From Ptychomitrium polyphyllum (taxonomy: Eukaryota), in NCBI GenBank assembly GCA_973851085.1, contig OZ316775.1, positions 21,948,001 to 22,012,000 of the forward strand: DNA of 64,000 nucleotides. Reading direction: 5' to 3'. Positions 12,986 to 24,236 of the stretch are shown piece by piece. A program made the position numbers and the translations under genes. Each line of letters opens with the position of its first letter. Position 1 is the first letter of the stretch. The notes under the pieces were generated by a model. It was not told where the DNA came from. It saw nothing but the letters and a program-made list of their open reading frames with translations, and ran no database searches.

Positions 12986-15900
12986 TGTTGTAAAAAGTGG
13001 AATATATAAAGTGATCCTAGTTGAAGTTTTTTTGTGTAGGACTAGAGCTTGATACGTCGCTAATGGTCAAAGGGGTGTCAAGGAAGAAGCCATAGAAGAT
13101 ATAGAGGCTAGGATTAAGAAAAAACAATAAGGATTTTTTATGGCTGTTAGGGTCAAGTCGGCGGCTACGGCGGCTAGGATTGGCCGCCACATGGCATCCA
13201 TTAGTAAAACAAATACAAGGCCGCCGAGTGGCACACTTTGGTGGATGATTCTAAAGTATAAGTAAAGGGGATTTAGAAATGGGAGTCATCTTGTTCCACA
13301 CTTCTCTTGTTGCAACTTTGCTCTCTCTTCTTGTTTGTTGTACTAGCTTTGTTGCATTTCTTCAATAAGTTATGGATCTACTTACACTTAATTCTACCTT
13401 TTGAAGTAGCTTGAAGTGTTTATAGTTGTTGTTATTGTGTGGAGCAAGATCACTTGGTAGTAATTGAAGATAGAGTTAGAAATGCCTAACTTTGAGGTTT
13501 TCCACATGTAGGTGCTTGGTTTGATGTTTTTCAGCTCTTATAGGATTGTGGATGTTGAAACTCCTTAGATAGTGAATTGCTTTGAGTGATGATAAGACCG
13601 TGATAGTATCTTTGTTGGAATTCAAGATCCCTAACACCAAATTATTGTGCTTGGTTTTGTTGTTTTGTAAACTCTTTGGCAAGAGTGCTTATTGAGTGGA
13701 CATAGTGAGTTGAAGGGCTTCTCTTCAGACTCATAGTTGTAAAAACTTGTGAGAAGCATAGGAGTCAAGGAAATAGTTTGTTTGGAGATACAGTTGTTAC
13801 CTCTCTTCTTAAGGCATGGCTTCAAGTGAAGGTGAAGGTTTGAGGATCATTCAAAAATTTTATGGTAAGAACTTCTACCAATGGAAGGTTATGATGGAGA
13901 TCTAATTGGCTTCTTTGGACCTTTGAAACATCATAGATGAGAGTGAGGCTGCTCCACCATTGTTGGCGGATGCAAAGGAGAAGAAGGAGTTTCAACGTCG
14001 TGAGAAGAAGGCTTTTGGCATCCTTGCCACCAACCTCGATGATGCCAACTTCGCCCATATCATTTCTTGCAAATGACTAGCAAAAGCGTGGAAGATGCTT
14101 TGCAACATCTATGAGAGCAAGAACCTCTCCAACATCATCTTCACAAGGAAGAAGTCCTTGAATTGCAAAATGGAAGAAGTACACGACCTCATGGCGCATG
14201 TGAACAAGTTGAAGGCCCTTGCAAGGCAACTTGCCATTGTGGACAAGCCATTGGAGGATTTGGATGTTGTGATTACATTGCTCATGAGCTTGCCGGAGTC
14301 TTATAGCTATCTCATAGTGGCTTTAGAATCCATTCCCATCAAGGACTTCACCATGGACTATGTGACGGCAAGATTGAGCCACGAGGAAACCAAGAGGAAG
14401 GAGAAGGCAACTTCAAGTGAGGATTCGGCCCTCTTTTTAAGGCAAGGTAAGCCCACCTATTCTAACCAATGTCCAAACCTTGGAACTTGCTTTGTGTGTG
14501 GAAAACCAGGTCAGTTTGGTCAAAATTGCTACAAGGCCAAAAGAGGAGAGAGGGAGGATGCCAACCATGTGATGGACCACCTTGGAGGTGGTGATTGTAC
14601 CTTCATGACAAGAAAAGAGGCACCTATTATGGCCCTATCCAAGTGGATAGTTGATTCGGGCGCCACAAAGCACATGAATCCTTACAAGTACTCATTTCAT
14701 ACTTACAAGACAATTCTAGCCACTAGTGTGCTAATGGGTGACAATGGCGTAGTGGAGGCCATTGAAATGGGTTCCATTGTAGTGGATGTTGTTGTAGGGG
14801 GCAAGACCAAGAGGATCACCTTCAAGGGCATGCTCCATGTGCCAAAGATGAAGTCTAACATCCTCTCAATGAGCAAACTTGTAATGGAAGGGTTTGTGGC
14901 TCATTTCAATGTAATTAGATGTGTTGTGAGTCATTGGGTAGAGGTGTTATTGCCACGGGGTTGAGGGATGGCAACTTGTACTTCATCAAGTGTAAGAAGG
15001 TGAATGGAAAGGAGGTGGCGGCCTTTGCTGAATTTCTCAAGATGAAATCAAGTTTGGCATAGGCATGGCCGCCTTGGGCACTTGAATGTAAAGGCCATGA
15101 AAGAGCTCCAAAGCATGGTAAGTGGCTTGGATTTGGGTACAACATGCGACAAGGTTAAGGAACTCGCTTATGAAGGTTGCATCCAAGGCAAGCAACAAAG
15201 GGCGTTGTTTCCAAATGGAGTGGCAACTCGGGCAAGCACATTGTTGGAAATTGTGCATTTCGATGTGTGTAGGCCTATGAAGACTCCATCCATAGGAGGC
15301 GCAAGGTATTTCCTCACCTTCATTGATGATTTTTTCGAGGAAAGTATAGGTGTTCATCCTCAAGGCCAAGAGTGAGTGCATTGTAAGGTTCAAGGAGTTC
15401 AAGGCGCATGTGGAGAAGCAATGTGAGTCCAAGATCAAGGTGTTGCGTTTGGATAATGGTGGTGAGTTCTTATCCAAGTGTTTTGATGACTTCTTGAGGA
15501 GTAAAGGCATTTCAAGGCAAACCTCTACAACAAAATGGAGTTGCTGAGAGGGCAAACCGCACCATTGTGGAGATGGCAAGGAGCATACTTCATGCTCAAT
15601 ATCTTAGGCATGAGTTGTAGGCAAAAGCAGTGGTGAATGCAGTGTACATAAGAAATAGGTGCTCCACAAGTGCCCTTGCATCCATGACCCTTGAAGAAGC
15701 TTGGAGTGATAATAAACCTTGTATTTCACACATGAGGACCTTTGGATGCCTTGCATGTGCAAAGATTCCAGATTGCATGAGGTCCAAGCTTGATGCAAAG
15801 GGTACAAAGTGTGTATTCTTTGGTTATTGTGAAGGCAGCAAAGCATATAGGCTGATGTGTGTAGAGAGCAAGAAGATCATCAAGAGTCGTGATGTTGAGT

Positions 15901-18232
15901 TCTTGGAGCACAAGAGTGCTTGTGAGCACTTGGAGAGGTGTCCAAGTGGGAGTAATGGTGTGATTGTGGATACATCCTCCATTTCAACAAAGCAAGAAAG
16001 TGGAGATGTGGATGGAGGTGAAGGAACAATGGAGGGAGAGAATAAGACGACTTCCACCCTTAAGACTAGTAGAGGAGCTTCACTAGATGATGGTGAGCAT
16101 CTTCATCAAAGTGAGGAAAATCAACCTCTAAATGAAAGAGAAGTGGATGTTTATAAGAGGAGAGGCCTGTAATGAGTGGTAGGAGGTAATCCATGAGAAA
16201 GAAGAGGCCACTTGGTGTATGGTGGAAGAACCCCATCTTCCTCCAAGTGAGTGCAGAACATGCCAATATTGACCTCTTTATTGATTCTTTAACTATGTGC
16301 AATGCCTTGAAGTCCACAGATGCCATGAAGTAGGAGAAGGCCATGGAAGAGGAGTACAAATCACTCATGGACAATGACAAATGGTACTTGACTCAACTTC
16401 CTCTACTTTGTTCTTCCATAGGTTGCAAGTGGGTATTTAGAACCAAGAGAGATGCTTTGGGTGCAATTGTGAGGCACAAGGCAAGACTAGTTGTCAAAAG
16501 ATACTCACAAGTTGCTGATATGGACTTCAATGACACATTTGCACCTGTAGCAAAGTTCACCACCATTAGAACCATCTTGGCCATAGCGGCGGCAATGGAC
16601 TTGGAGGTTCACCAGATGGATGTAAAGACTGTTTTTTTAAATGGAGACTTAGAAGAAGACATCTACATGGAGCAACCTCCAGGATTTGTACATGAAGGTT
16701 TAGAACACCTTGTTTGCAGGTTGAAAAAGGCCTTGTACGGGCTCAAGCAATCACCAAGGGCATGGTACCAACGCATTGATGCATTCTTTAGAAAGGAAAG
16801 GTTTGTGAAAAGCGAGGCGGATCTTTCCTTGTACGTGATGCAAACCATAGAGTTCTTATTGATTGTGATTTTGTATGTAGATGACCTGATCATAATGGCC
16901 AACCTTTTAGAGAAGCTAGAATGATTGAAGGCCAAATTAGAGGAGGAGTTTGAGATGAGTGATTTGGACGAGTTGCATTATTGTCTTGGAATAGATTTTG
17001 TGGGGGATTGTGCAAAGATGACCATCACCATGAGCCAAAAAATATATATTGAGGAGGTGTTGAAGCAATTCAACATGGAAGACTGCAAGGTAGTGGGAAC
17101 GCCTTTGGAGGCTAATTGGAGGTTCATGAAGCTAAGTGATTAGGAATATGCTCGAATGGAGGGCAAAATGCAAGGCATTCTATATAAGGCAGGAGTAGGG
17201 TGCTTCATATATGCTATGGTGGACACAAGGTTTGATCTTGTATTTTTGGTGAGTGTTGTGAGCCAACACACGTCCAAGGCCGGCTCCATGCACTAAGCAA
17301 CCATGAAGAGGATCATGAGGTACTTGAAGGGCACCTTGGACTTTGTATTGTGTTTGGGAGGTGATAACATTGAGTTGCAGGGATTTTGTGATGCGAATTG
17401 GATTGGAGATGCACATGATAGGCGCTTCACATTGGGGTATGTGTTCCTTGTTGGAGTGGAAGCCATCTCTTGGAACTGTAAGAGGCAACCCACAATTGCA
17501 AACTCAACTATGAAGGCGGAGCACATGGCGGCAAGTCATGGTGCTATGGAAGCAATGTAGCTAAGGCAACTCTTGGTCTTGTACAAGTGGATGCAATACC
17601 TATTATGTGTGACAATCAAGTATATCTTGCCTTTGCCAAGAATCCCAAGCATCACTCACGAACAAAAAACATCGACATCCAACATCACTTTATAAGAGAG
17701 AAGATTGAAGATGGAGTGATATATATGAGGTATTATGTATCAGAGGGCATGCTTGCTGATTTCTTAACAAAAGCATTGGTCAAAAATAGACACCACTTGT
17801 TGAAAAGGTCAATTGGATTAAAAGTCCTTTGACCAGTAGCAAAGTGGGAGTGTTGAAAATGGTGGAATATATAAAGTGATCCTAGTTGAAGTTTTCTTGT
17901 GTAGGACTAGAGTTTGATACGTTGCTAATGGTCAAAGGGGTGTCAAGAAAGAGGCCATAGAAGATGTAGAAGCTAGAATTAAGAAAAAGCAACAAGGATT
18001 TTTTATGGCTGTTAGGGTCAAGTCAGCGGTTACGGCGGCCAGGATTGGCCGCCACATGACACCCATTAGTAGAACAAATACAAGGCCGCCGAGTGGCACA
18101 CTTTGATGGATGATTCTAAAGTATAAGTAAAGGGGTTTTAGAAGTGGGAGTCATCTTGTTCCACACTTCTCTTGTTGTAACTTTGCTCTCTCTTCTTGCT
18201 TGTTGTACAAGTTTTGTTGCATTTTTTCAATA
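12986..18232 (+). mobile_element. Copia U: full-length, decayed Ty1/Copia LTR retrotransposon nested in the gag of Gypsy Z
   Basis: LTRs 12986-13367 and 17851-18232 (382 bp, ~27 mismatches by hand count). TSD GTCCA / GTCCG. PPT AAAGTGGGAG at 17841-17850. Domain order gag-ZnK-PR(WIVDSGAT)-INT-RT(LYVDD)-RH. Confidence 0.96.
13816..17832 (+). pseudogene. Copia U gag-pol polyprotein, disrupted
   Basis: ORF pieces 14095..14964 (CFVCGKPG, WIVDSGATKHM), 15082..15547 (integrase: HFDVC, LRLDNGGEF), 15630..16172, 16343..17143 (RT: HQMDVKT, LYGLKQSPRAW) and 17303..17832 (RNase H: CDNQ, KNIDIQHHF). Confidence 0.95.
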
Positions 18233-18799
18233 GTCCGTAGAATATTGTTGTGGTTGAAGCAAGGTAAAAAATTGAACTTGGTTTACAAAGTTTTGAAATT
18301 TTGAGTGCATACCATCAAACTTCTCTGGAAGGCTGATTCTTGGTTCTTTGGTTGTTGACATTTTATTCCTGGCTTGAACTTGTCTGTTTTGTTCAAAATC
18401 AAGTATAGACAATGAAGCACCTAAGTTGACTTGAGATAGCAATTGTAGTATTTCCGCTCCTTGACCATTGTGTATAATCAAATACTATACTTTGTTTTGC
18501 TTGGATAAAGTCTCGTTCTTGATTTTCAATGCTTCAGAGGCATTGATAATGGAATCTAACTTCGTTTCTTTTTAATTAGTCATATTGATTTCTTCATTCC
18601 TTGACATAGAAATAAATGGAAATAGATAAAAATTGTTAATTATGCAAGAAACCAAAGGAAATTCTAGAGGAAATATCAATCTCAAGGAGGGTAATCCGCA
18701 ACGTGTAGAGTGCTATAGTGCTTTTGAAAAAGAGGAGTGATCAGCTCTTTATCAAGAAAAACCAAACTTTGATATTATTATATGTCAGTATTGACAAAC

Positions 18800-19219
18800 T
18801 GTTATGAACAGAGGATCCATACAACAAGGCTTCAAGATTCCAGAATGTGGAACAAGATAAGTCCAAGTATATTAGAGGTATAGAGCTACAATAATGTACA
18901 AAAGACAAGGCCTGAAGGTCTGAGCTAGACTACAAGAGATGTATTGTCGAGTCTGAAGAGCTCTTTAGCCTCGACTCCTATATATACTCGAACTACAAGC
19001 TTTGGAAGCTTCTTGAGAAGCTTCATCTACATTGCTTTGTACTCAAGCAACCTTGAGTTGCTTCCTTGGAAGTTTCTTAGGCTGAAATAACTTCCTTGGA
19101 AGCTTCCTAGGCCAAGGCAACTTCCTTGGATGCTTCCTAATCCAAAGGTAACTTCCTTCGAAGCTTCCTAAATCTTCTATGAACCTTTCTTGATGCTTCT
19201 AATATGTATGTTTGTGATA
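18800..19219 (-). repeat. 5' LTR of Gypsy Z
   Basis: Minus strand T(A)TCACAAAC...TAACA; matches 8792-~9060; TATA-like TATATATAG; internal ~30-bp repeats at ~19040-19170. Confidence 0.9.
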
Positions 19220-19329
19220 ATAGCTCATAGTAAGCGTAGGTGCAGGTTGCCTTTAAGCCTATAAATAGTTGCAAGTACTGAAGTAGTTTTGTTTATGGTG
19301 CAAATGAGAATTTGATATTTTTGATTTCC

Positions 19330-21480
19330 TTCACCAGACTATTTGGAAGGTGACTACATTGAAGATTTTGAATCAGAGGTAGATATCAATTTTTACTCAA
19401 GGCAGTGGTCCATCTACTTTGTCACAAATGGCGCAAGCTACAAATGCGGCTTTCTCTATTAGAGAAGAGCCGCCAACATTTGATCTATTACAATTATTCA
19501 TTGTTCATCTAGAGGTTGAATATATTGATTTTAGGCGTAATCAAATGCAACGCATTCAAGATTTTTTTCATAAAAAGGAAGATACTCTACGTACCATGTA
19601 TGACTATTTGACACAATTTGTAGTAGAATCTAAAGAAATATTTGTTGGGAATCAACTTGTCAAGATGTTTTTGTCCAAGACTAGTAAACGGCTTTTGAAT
19701 TTGGCTACACCAAAGATCATTCTCAACTATAATAGGAAGGAAATTTTGTTGTGATAAGAGTGGTTGCTATAGGAAACGTTGGATCTTTTTGCATCTAGTT
19801 GATCAAATATTAGGTTTTTTTTATATAACTTTTATTTTATAATACAAACTACAACTTTCATTTACTTTTTAGCTACTTCTATATCTTTGGTTTTTGTTTT
19901 CCAAAATAATCCAAGTCTTTATTAACAATTCTATTTCTTCTTTCTTTTAAATCCGACTTATATATTCTTCTATATATTGAAACTCAAAGGTCCTATGTTC
20001 TTAAGATTTTAATGGGACAAGCACAAGACTTTCAAAGTACAACCTTCAAAATCTCTTATTAACAATCCAAATGGTTGTTAAGAACCATGTCCTCAAAAAG
20101 TTCACTCTTTCTATCATAGCTTCTTAACTCCCCTCCCTCTTCATTTATTTTACAATTCTATAACTTCCTTTCTACAATAAATCTATGCTTAAAAGTTTAT
20201 CTCCATACTATTTATTTTACAATAAAAATTTCATCAAAATTTCAACCTTAAAGCCCTTCCAATCATCTCCAATGGTTCAAAACATGTAGCTCCAAACTCT
20301 ACTGTAAATTGCCCTCAAATCCTGGTTGCATTTTGCCTTATATCACCTACTATAAGAATCCATTACTCTTGAAATTTCTATGCCATCATTTCTGTTGCGA
20401 GCTTTTTATAAAGCCATCACAAGCTCCTGTTAAAGTGAGAGAGGCTGAAAGATAACGAAAGGGCGGTGGTCATCCGCCTCTTATCATTCCACATCAGCTT
20501 TATCTCTCCACATCAGCCCCTATTCCTCTTTTTCAAGTCCTTATCTAATCATATCTTCAAATGGAAAACAACCCAAATCATTTTCTTTTGTTTTTCTTTA
20601 TTATTTTTCTTCTAGTTTAAACTTCTAGGAAAAAATTACAAAAGAATACAAAATCAACCCTCACAAATCATAAATAGGTAATAAAAAACTATAATAAAGG
20701 GAAGAAAGTAGAAAAAAAATTGAAATTTAACAAGAAACAACTTATGAATAATATCATTGTCGAAGTAGGATGAAATTCCAAGTCATGAATTTGTTTAATT
20801 GCATAAGTTCCAATTGCTAAACTAGTCCAAGTTCTATTCTTGTTGGATTTGTTGAATAGAACAGTAGCCCTTGACTTGCAACTGCTAACAAAAATGGCAG
20901 GCAGAAAAATACTACAGTAAATCATCCTGTTCATCCTGAGTAAAGATAAGATGCAATTTTACCTCCAAAACAAATGAAATTGTGGTTTCACTAGGACCTT
21001 TTTTAATCCAATTATTTCTTTTTCATAATACTCTTTTCCAAATACACTAATTTAAATTCCACAAAATAACAATTACTAATTAAGTTTTAAACTGTATAGT
21101 TAAATACATCGCGAGAACGCTTGCCCAAGCATTTGCTAAAGCTAAGAAATGGAATAGGGCTCTCTGCCAATATAATGCCATTGACATGGTTTTGTGGATG
21201 ATAGATATTGCTACGTTAAAGAGGGCTTTTTTAGCCACAAATAATTTGGTTGACATCTAGTCTAAGAAGAGTTTGGATTGTTGGAGGTATGATGAAGTTG
21301 GCCATATCAAGAATTATTCCAATTGTCCTAAGAAGAGACAAATTCATCTAAATGACAAGTTTAAGAAAAAAGTGGAAGTGGCTAAATTAAAAGAAAAGGC
21401 CAAAAAAAAAAATTGAAGTGTAATCATTATAGAAGGTTTAACCATAATGAGGATCATTGTTTCATTTTACATCTACAAAA
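19330..21480 (+). pseudogene. Element X gag remnant (split by solo LTR W), with two degenerate CCHC zinc knuckles
   Basis: ORF 19419..19754 ends at the W junction and resumes at ~21120 as LAQAFAKAKKWNRALCQY. Knuckle-like CWRYDEVGHIKNYS (~21279-21320) and CNHYRRFNHNEDHC (~21419-21460). Confidence 0.65.
19750..21119. mobile_element. Solo-LTR-like insertion W (~1.37 kb) in element X gag
   Basis: Starts TGTGATAAGAG and ends GAGAACG (CA>CG). Flanks TTTGT / CTTGC (5-bp TSD with two C/T differences). Non-coding and interrupts the gag frame. Confidence 0.6.
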
Positions 21481-22299
21481 GCAATCTATGTTTAAAAATG
21501 AAAAAACATTAGAAGCAAAGATTATAGACCTTAAGAAGAAATTGAAAATTGTGGCTTCATTTAGCCAAGTCAGAGAGTATTGTGCAACTTCAGGTGTTGC
21601 AACAAATAATCCTACTCCAAATTTTTATGTGTTAGGTGCATCAAGGGAGATAGTAGCGGTTGTTGCTACATGTGCCCAAATGATAATCAAGATGGTGGCA
21701 TTCACCACGCGTGAGCCACAAGAAAGGTTGCGTGTTTGCCATGCTAGGGTGTCAAATGAAATAGGCCAAATTCAATTGTCATTGTCATTTAGGCTTGCAA
21801 ATGCTGGATTTGTAGCTTAACCTTACAATCCTACTTTAACTTATGATGGAAAAATAACTTCTGGAAGATTTGCACATACCTTGGCTTATAAAGTATTGCA
21901 AATGCCTATTTTCTCCAATATTGAGATGATGGCATTAGATTTTAAGCTAGCCAACGTCTTTCAACTGGCAACCAAGTGGTGGGAAGGCAAAGTGGCAATG
22001 CCATTTTTTGAAGTGGTTCAAGCAATCACTAAGGCGTCCACAAATGAGGACTTAATTAAATTACAAGTTAAACTTCCGGTTGAAGCCATTTCTATCTTTG
22101 AAGAAGGCGCTTCATAGCAGAGTGAGTTAAAAACTACATTTGATATATCATTGGTGACTAGAGTGGCTTATTTATCTAATATTGCAGCTAGGCCTACTCG
22201 AGAGCGCTAGAATGTGCAACTAGAAGTGGTATAATTGATTAAAGATAATAATGTACTTGTTAAAAGCCGTATAGGTGGCAATGCCATTCATGTTGTACT

Positions 22300-22620
22300 A
22301 TTTTGTATTATAATAGACTATGGTGCTCAGCGGATTATGATTGATTAATAGCTTGCCTAAAAGTTTGATTTTGAGGCTATAAATCTTAAACCTTGTCATT
22401 TTATCATTGTTACCTTAGTTGGAAGTACAAAGCAAGTTACAAGTAATACATGGCAACCATTGCAGTTGATTTTCTATATTGATTATGGACCTCTTTATTC
22501 ACACTTATCTCTACAGTGTGTAGTGATTAGTGCTATCAACTATGATATTTTAATTGGTCAACAAGCACTTGATCCTCTCGGTTTTGGTTGCAACAATTGG
22601 ACCAAAGAGGCATGGAGTAG
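22300..22620 (+). pseudogene. Element X retropepsin-type aspartic protease remnant
   Basis: IIIDYGAQRIMI (degenerate D[ST]GA active site, ~22308-22345) and downstream AINYDILIGQQAL (retropepsin 'ILG' motif; ORF 22460..22687). Confidence 0.7.
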
Positions 22621-22981
22621 ACCGGGTTGGGCAACAGAAAATGGAAAAAGCAATTCATTCCTATGGCATTTGCAGCGGCCACCTTGACTATGTTAGCAGA
22701 GATTTTTTATGGATGCAATACACTGGCAATAGATTTATCTTGTGGATCTATTTTATTGGAGAGAATATTTGCATGTATGTTCAATTTTGTAGATCAACAG
22801 GATTCACTACCATTAAAAGTGCTCACACGCCATTGCAAGGATTTACTTCTATCTTGGAACACGCATACAGAGCTATCTCGGCAATGTTGGGATAGTGGAT
22901 TTTGTAAAATCTTTGGAAGTACCAGTTGCTTTATTTTTATCTACCTCTACCCACCTTATTTGTTGGCATCCATTAACAAAA

Positions 22982-23545
22982 GGTGTTATCTTCATAAAGT
23001 TATTTGCGAGCATTAGTATTGGCTTGGCAGCAATTTTGGAAGTTGGAATGAAGGTTAGGTGGTACATTCATGTGGATATTAGACTTATATCCAAGAAAAC
23101 CGCTCAATATCACCTCCAAAGTTTGTTGGCTCAATATCTTACGCAATTAATTTTTTTTGCTGTTCAAGGTTGTTTTGATCAACTTCTTCAAAATGTCATC
23201 TTAATAAATGATGAAGATTTAAGGAGGTTAGGCTACATTGACTTGCTCATTGCTAGTTGGCCTTGCCAAGGTCACTGACGTACTGGGACAGGTCAAAATT
23301 TAGATGATTCTCGATCCAGTCTTTTTGTAGTTTTGATGCGGCTCACTGAGTCATAGTTTATTCATTAATTCTAGTCATCAAGGTACATATTTGAGAATGT
23401 GCCTTGGAGGATACACAACAAAATATTGTAGAAGATGGACATTATAATTGCCAATTCCTTAATCCTCCAACCTTTGTAGATGTCGCCCCATTGGGATCTT
23501 ACACACATTGTGCTCATTGGTTTTGGACCAACTTGGCCCCATTTC
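22982..23545 (+). pseudogene. C5 DNA-cytosine methyltransferase domain (DNMT3-like motif layout) within element X pol, disrupted
   Basis: GVIFIKLFASISIG (motif I-like, from ELFxGIG); YIHVDI (II); IDLLIASWPCQGH*R (IV, catalytic PC); DSRSSLF (V); YIFENVP (VI); after a frameshift VDVAPLGSYTHCAHWFWTNL (VIII-like HRxRxFWTN). Motifs IX/X are not seen because the sequence is cut at ~23550. Confidence 0.88.
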
Positions 23546-23559
23546 ATATGATCTATCTA

Positions 23560-24233
23560 GGATCTTTTGCATTTCAACCACGTGGGCCTGGCATGGTGGA
23601 GGGTGGTTTGGAGATTATTGGAGCAACTAGGATTTAGTGGAGGGTGGTTTGGAGATTATTGCGGCAACTAGGATTTGGAGTTTGGGCCGTCAGTCCCTTA
23701 TTGTGCAGTGTAGGAGCTGAAATTTGGAGGGTTTATAGAAGAAATTATAAGCTTTTCAACAAGCCAAAGAATGCCCAATTTGAAAAAGTATAAAAGAAAT
23801 GGCGGCCGTTTGAAGTGAAGAGTGTCCAATGGTCGGCACTCTTGTAAGCCCAACTTTGGCAAGGCACATTTTGGTGGTCCCAAGTTTGATTGCTATAAAA
23901 TTCAATTGTGTTAAAGCCGCTTGAAGTCTAGTTTTTAGAAAATCTAAGATCTACAGATTTGGACCACAAAGACGGCAACGGCGGTCAATTTTAGATAATT
24001 AGTAGGTAATCTAAGAATATAGTTGGCCATATGCTATTAAATTACATAATAATTGATGCTACAACATCGATGTTGAACTAAATATAGAGAATTTTATTTA
24101 ATTAAGAAGCTGGATTCAACTAAGCAATTTTCAATTGCACTACAACACAACATAAGTAATTGCATATAGAAATAGGATTGTGTGAATTAATATTCCTTCT
24201 ATTAGGAGAGGTTTATTTGGCTCACAGCTACCA
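23560..24233 (+). mobile_element. Partial LTR Y2 (same family as Y1, opposite orientation) at the site of the RT/RNase H/integrase-core deletion of element X
   Basis: ~23680-24233 is the reverse complement of 7199-~7815 and ends ...GGCTCACAGCTACCA. A 41-bp tandem duplication lies at 23596-23677. Left boundary approximate. Confidence 0.75.
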
Positions 24234-24236
24234 TGA

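Larger units (their letters stand above)
8792..19219 (-). mobile_element. Gypsy Z: Tcn1/chromovirus-like Ty3/Gypsy LTR retrotransposon, decayed; integrase, PPT and part of the 3' LTR deleted
   Basis: 5' LTR 18800-19219 and truncated 3' LTR 8792-~9060. Perfect 5-bp TSD ATAGC (8787-8791, 19220-19224). Minus-strand gag (EPRISLPEKFDG), protease, RT ([18 protein letters not shown]) and RNase H (YPIAFH) remnants. Confidence 0.92.
7199..19227 (-). mobile_element. Solo-LTR-like insertion Y1 (own sequence ~7199-8791 plus 19225-19227), interrupted near its end by Gypsy Z
   Basis: Minus strand reads TGAGCTATGG...GGCTTACACCTACCA once Z is removed. 7199-~7815 is the reverse complement of ~23680-24233. 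Flanks TGGTGA / TAGTAA are a possible degenerate TSD. Contains a degenerate ~19-20 bp tandem motif at ~8200-8530. Confidence 0.6.

Noticed and set aside
22982..23545. Bacterial restriction-modification contaminant or host DNMT gene
   Set aside because: The domain is collinear with retroelement gag, protease and integrase remnants inside one repeat-bounded element, is equally decayed, has no introns and has no nuclease partner.
7199..24233. Y1/Y2 as terminal inverted repeats of a large DNA transposon
   Set aside because: The outer flanks share no TSD, X coding continues collinearly inside and outside the pair, and Y1 has its own TG...CA ends.
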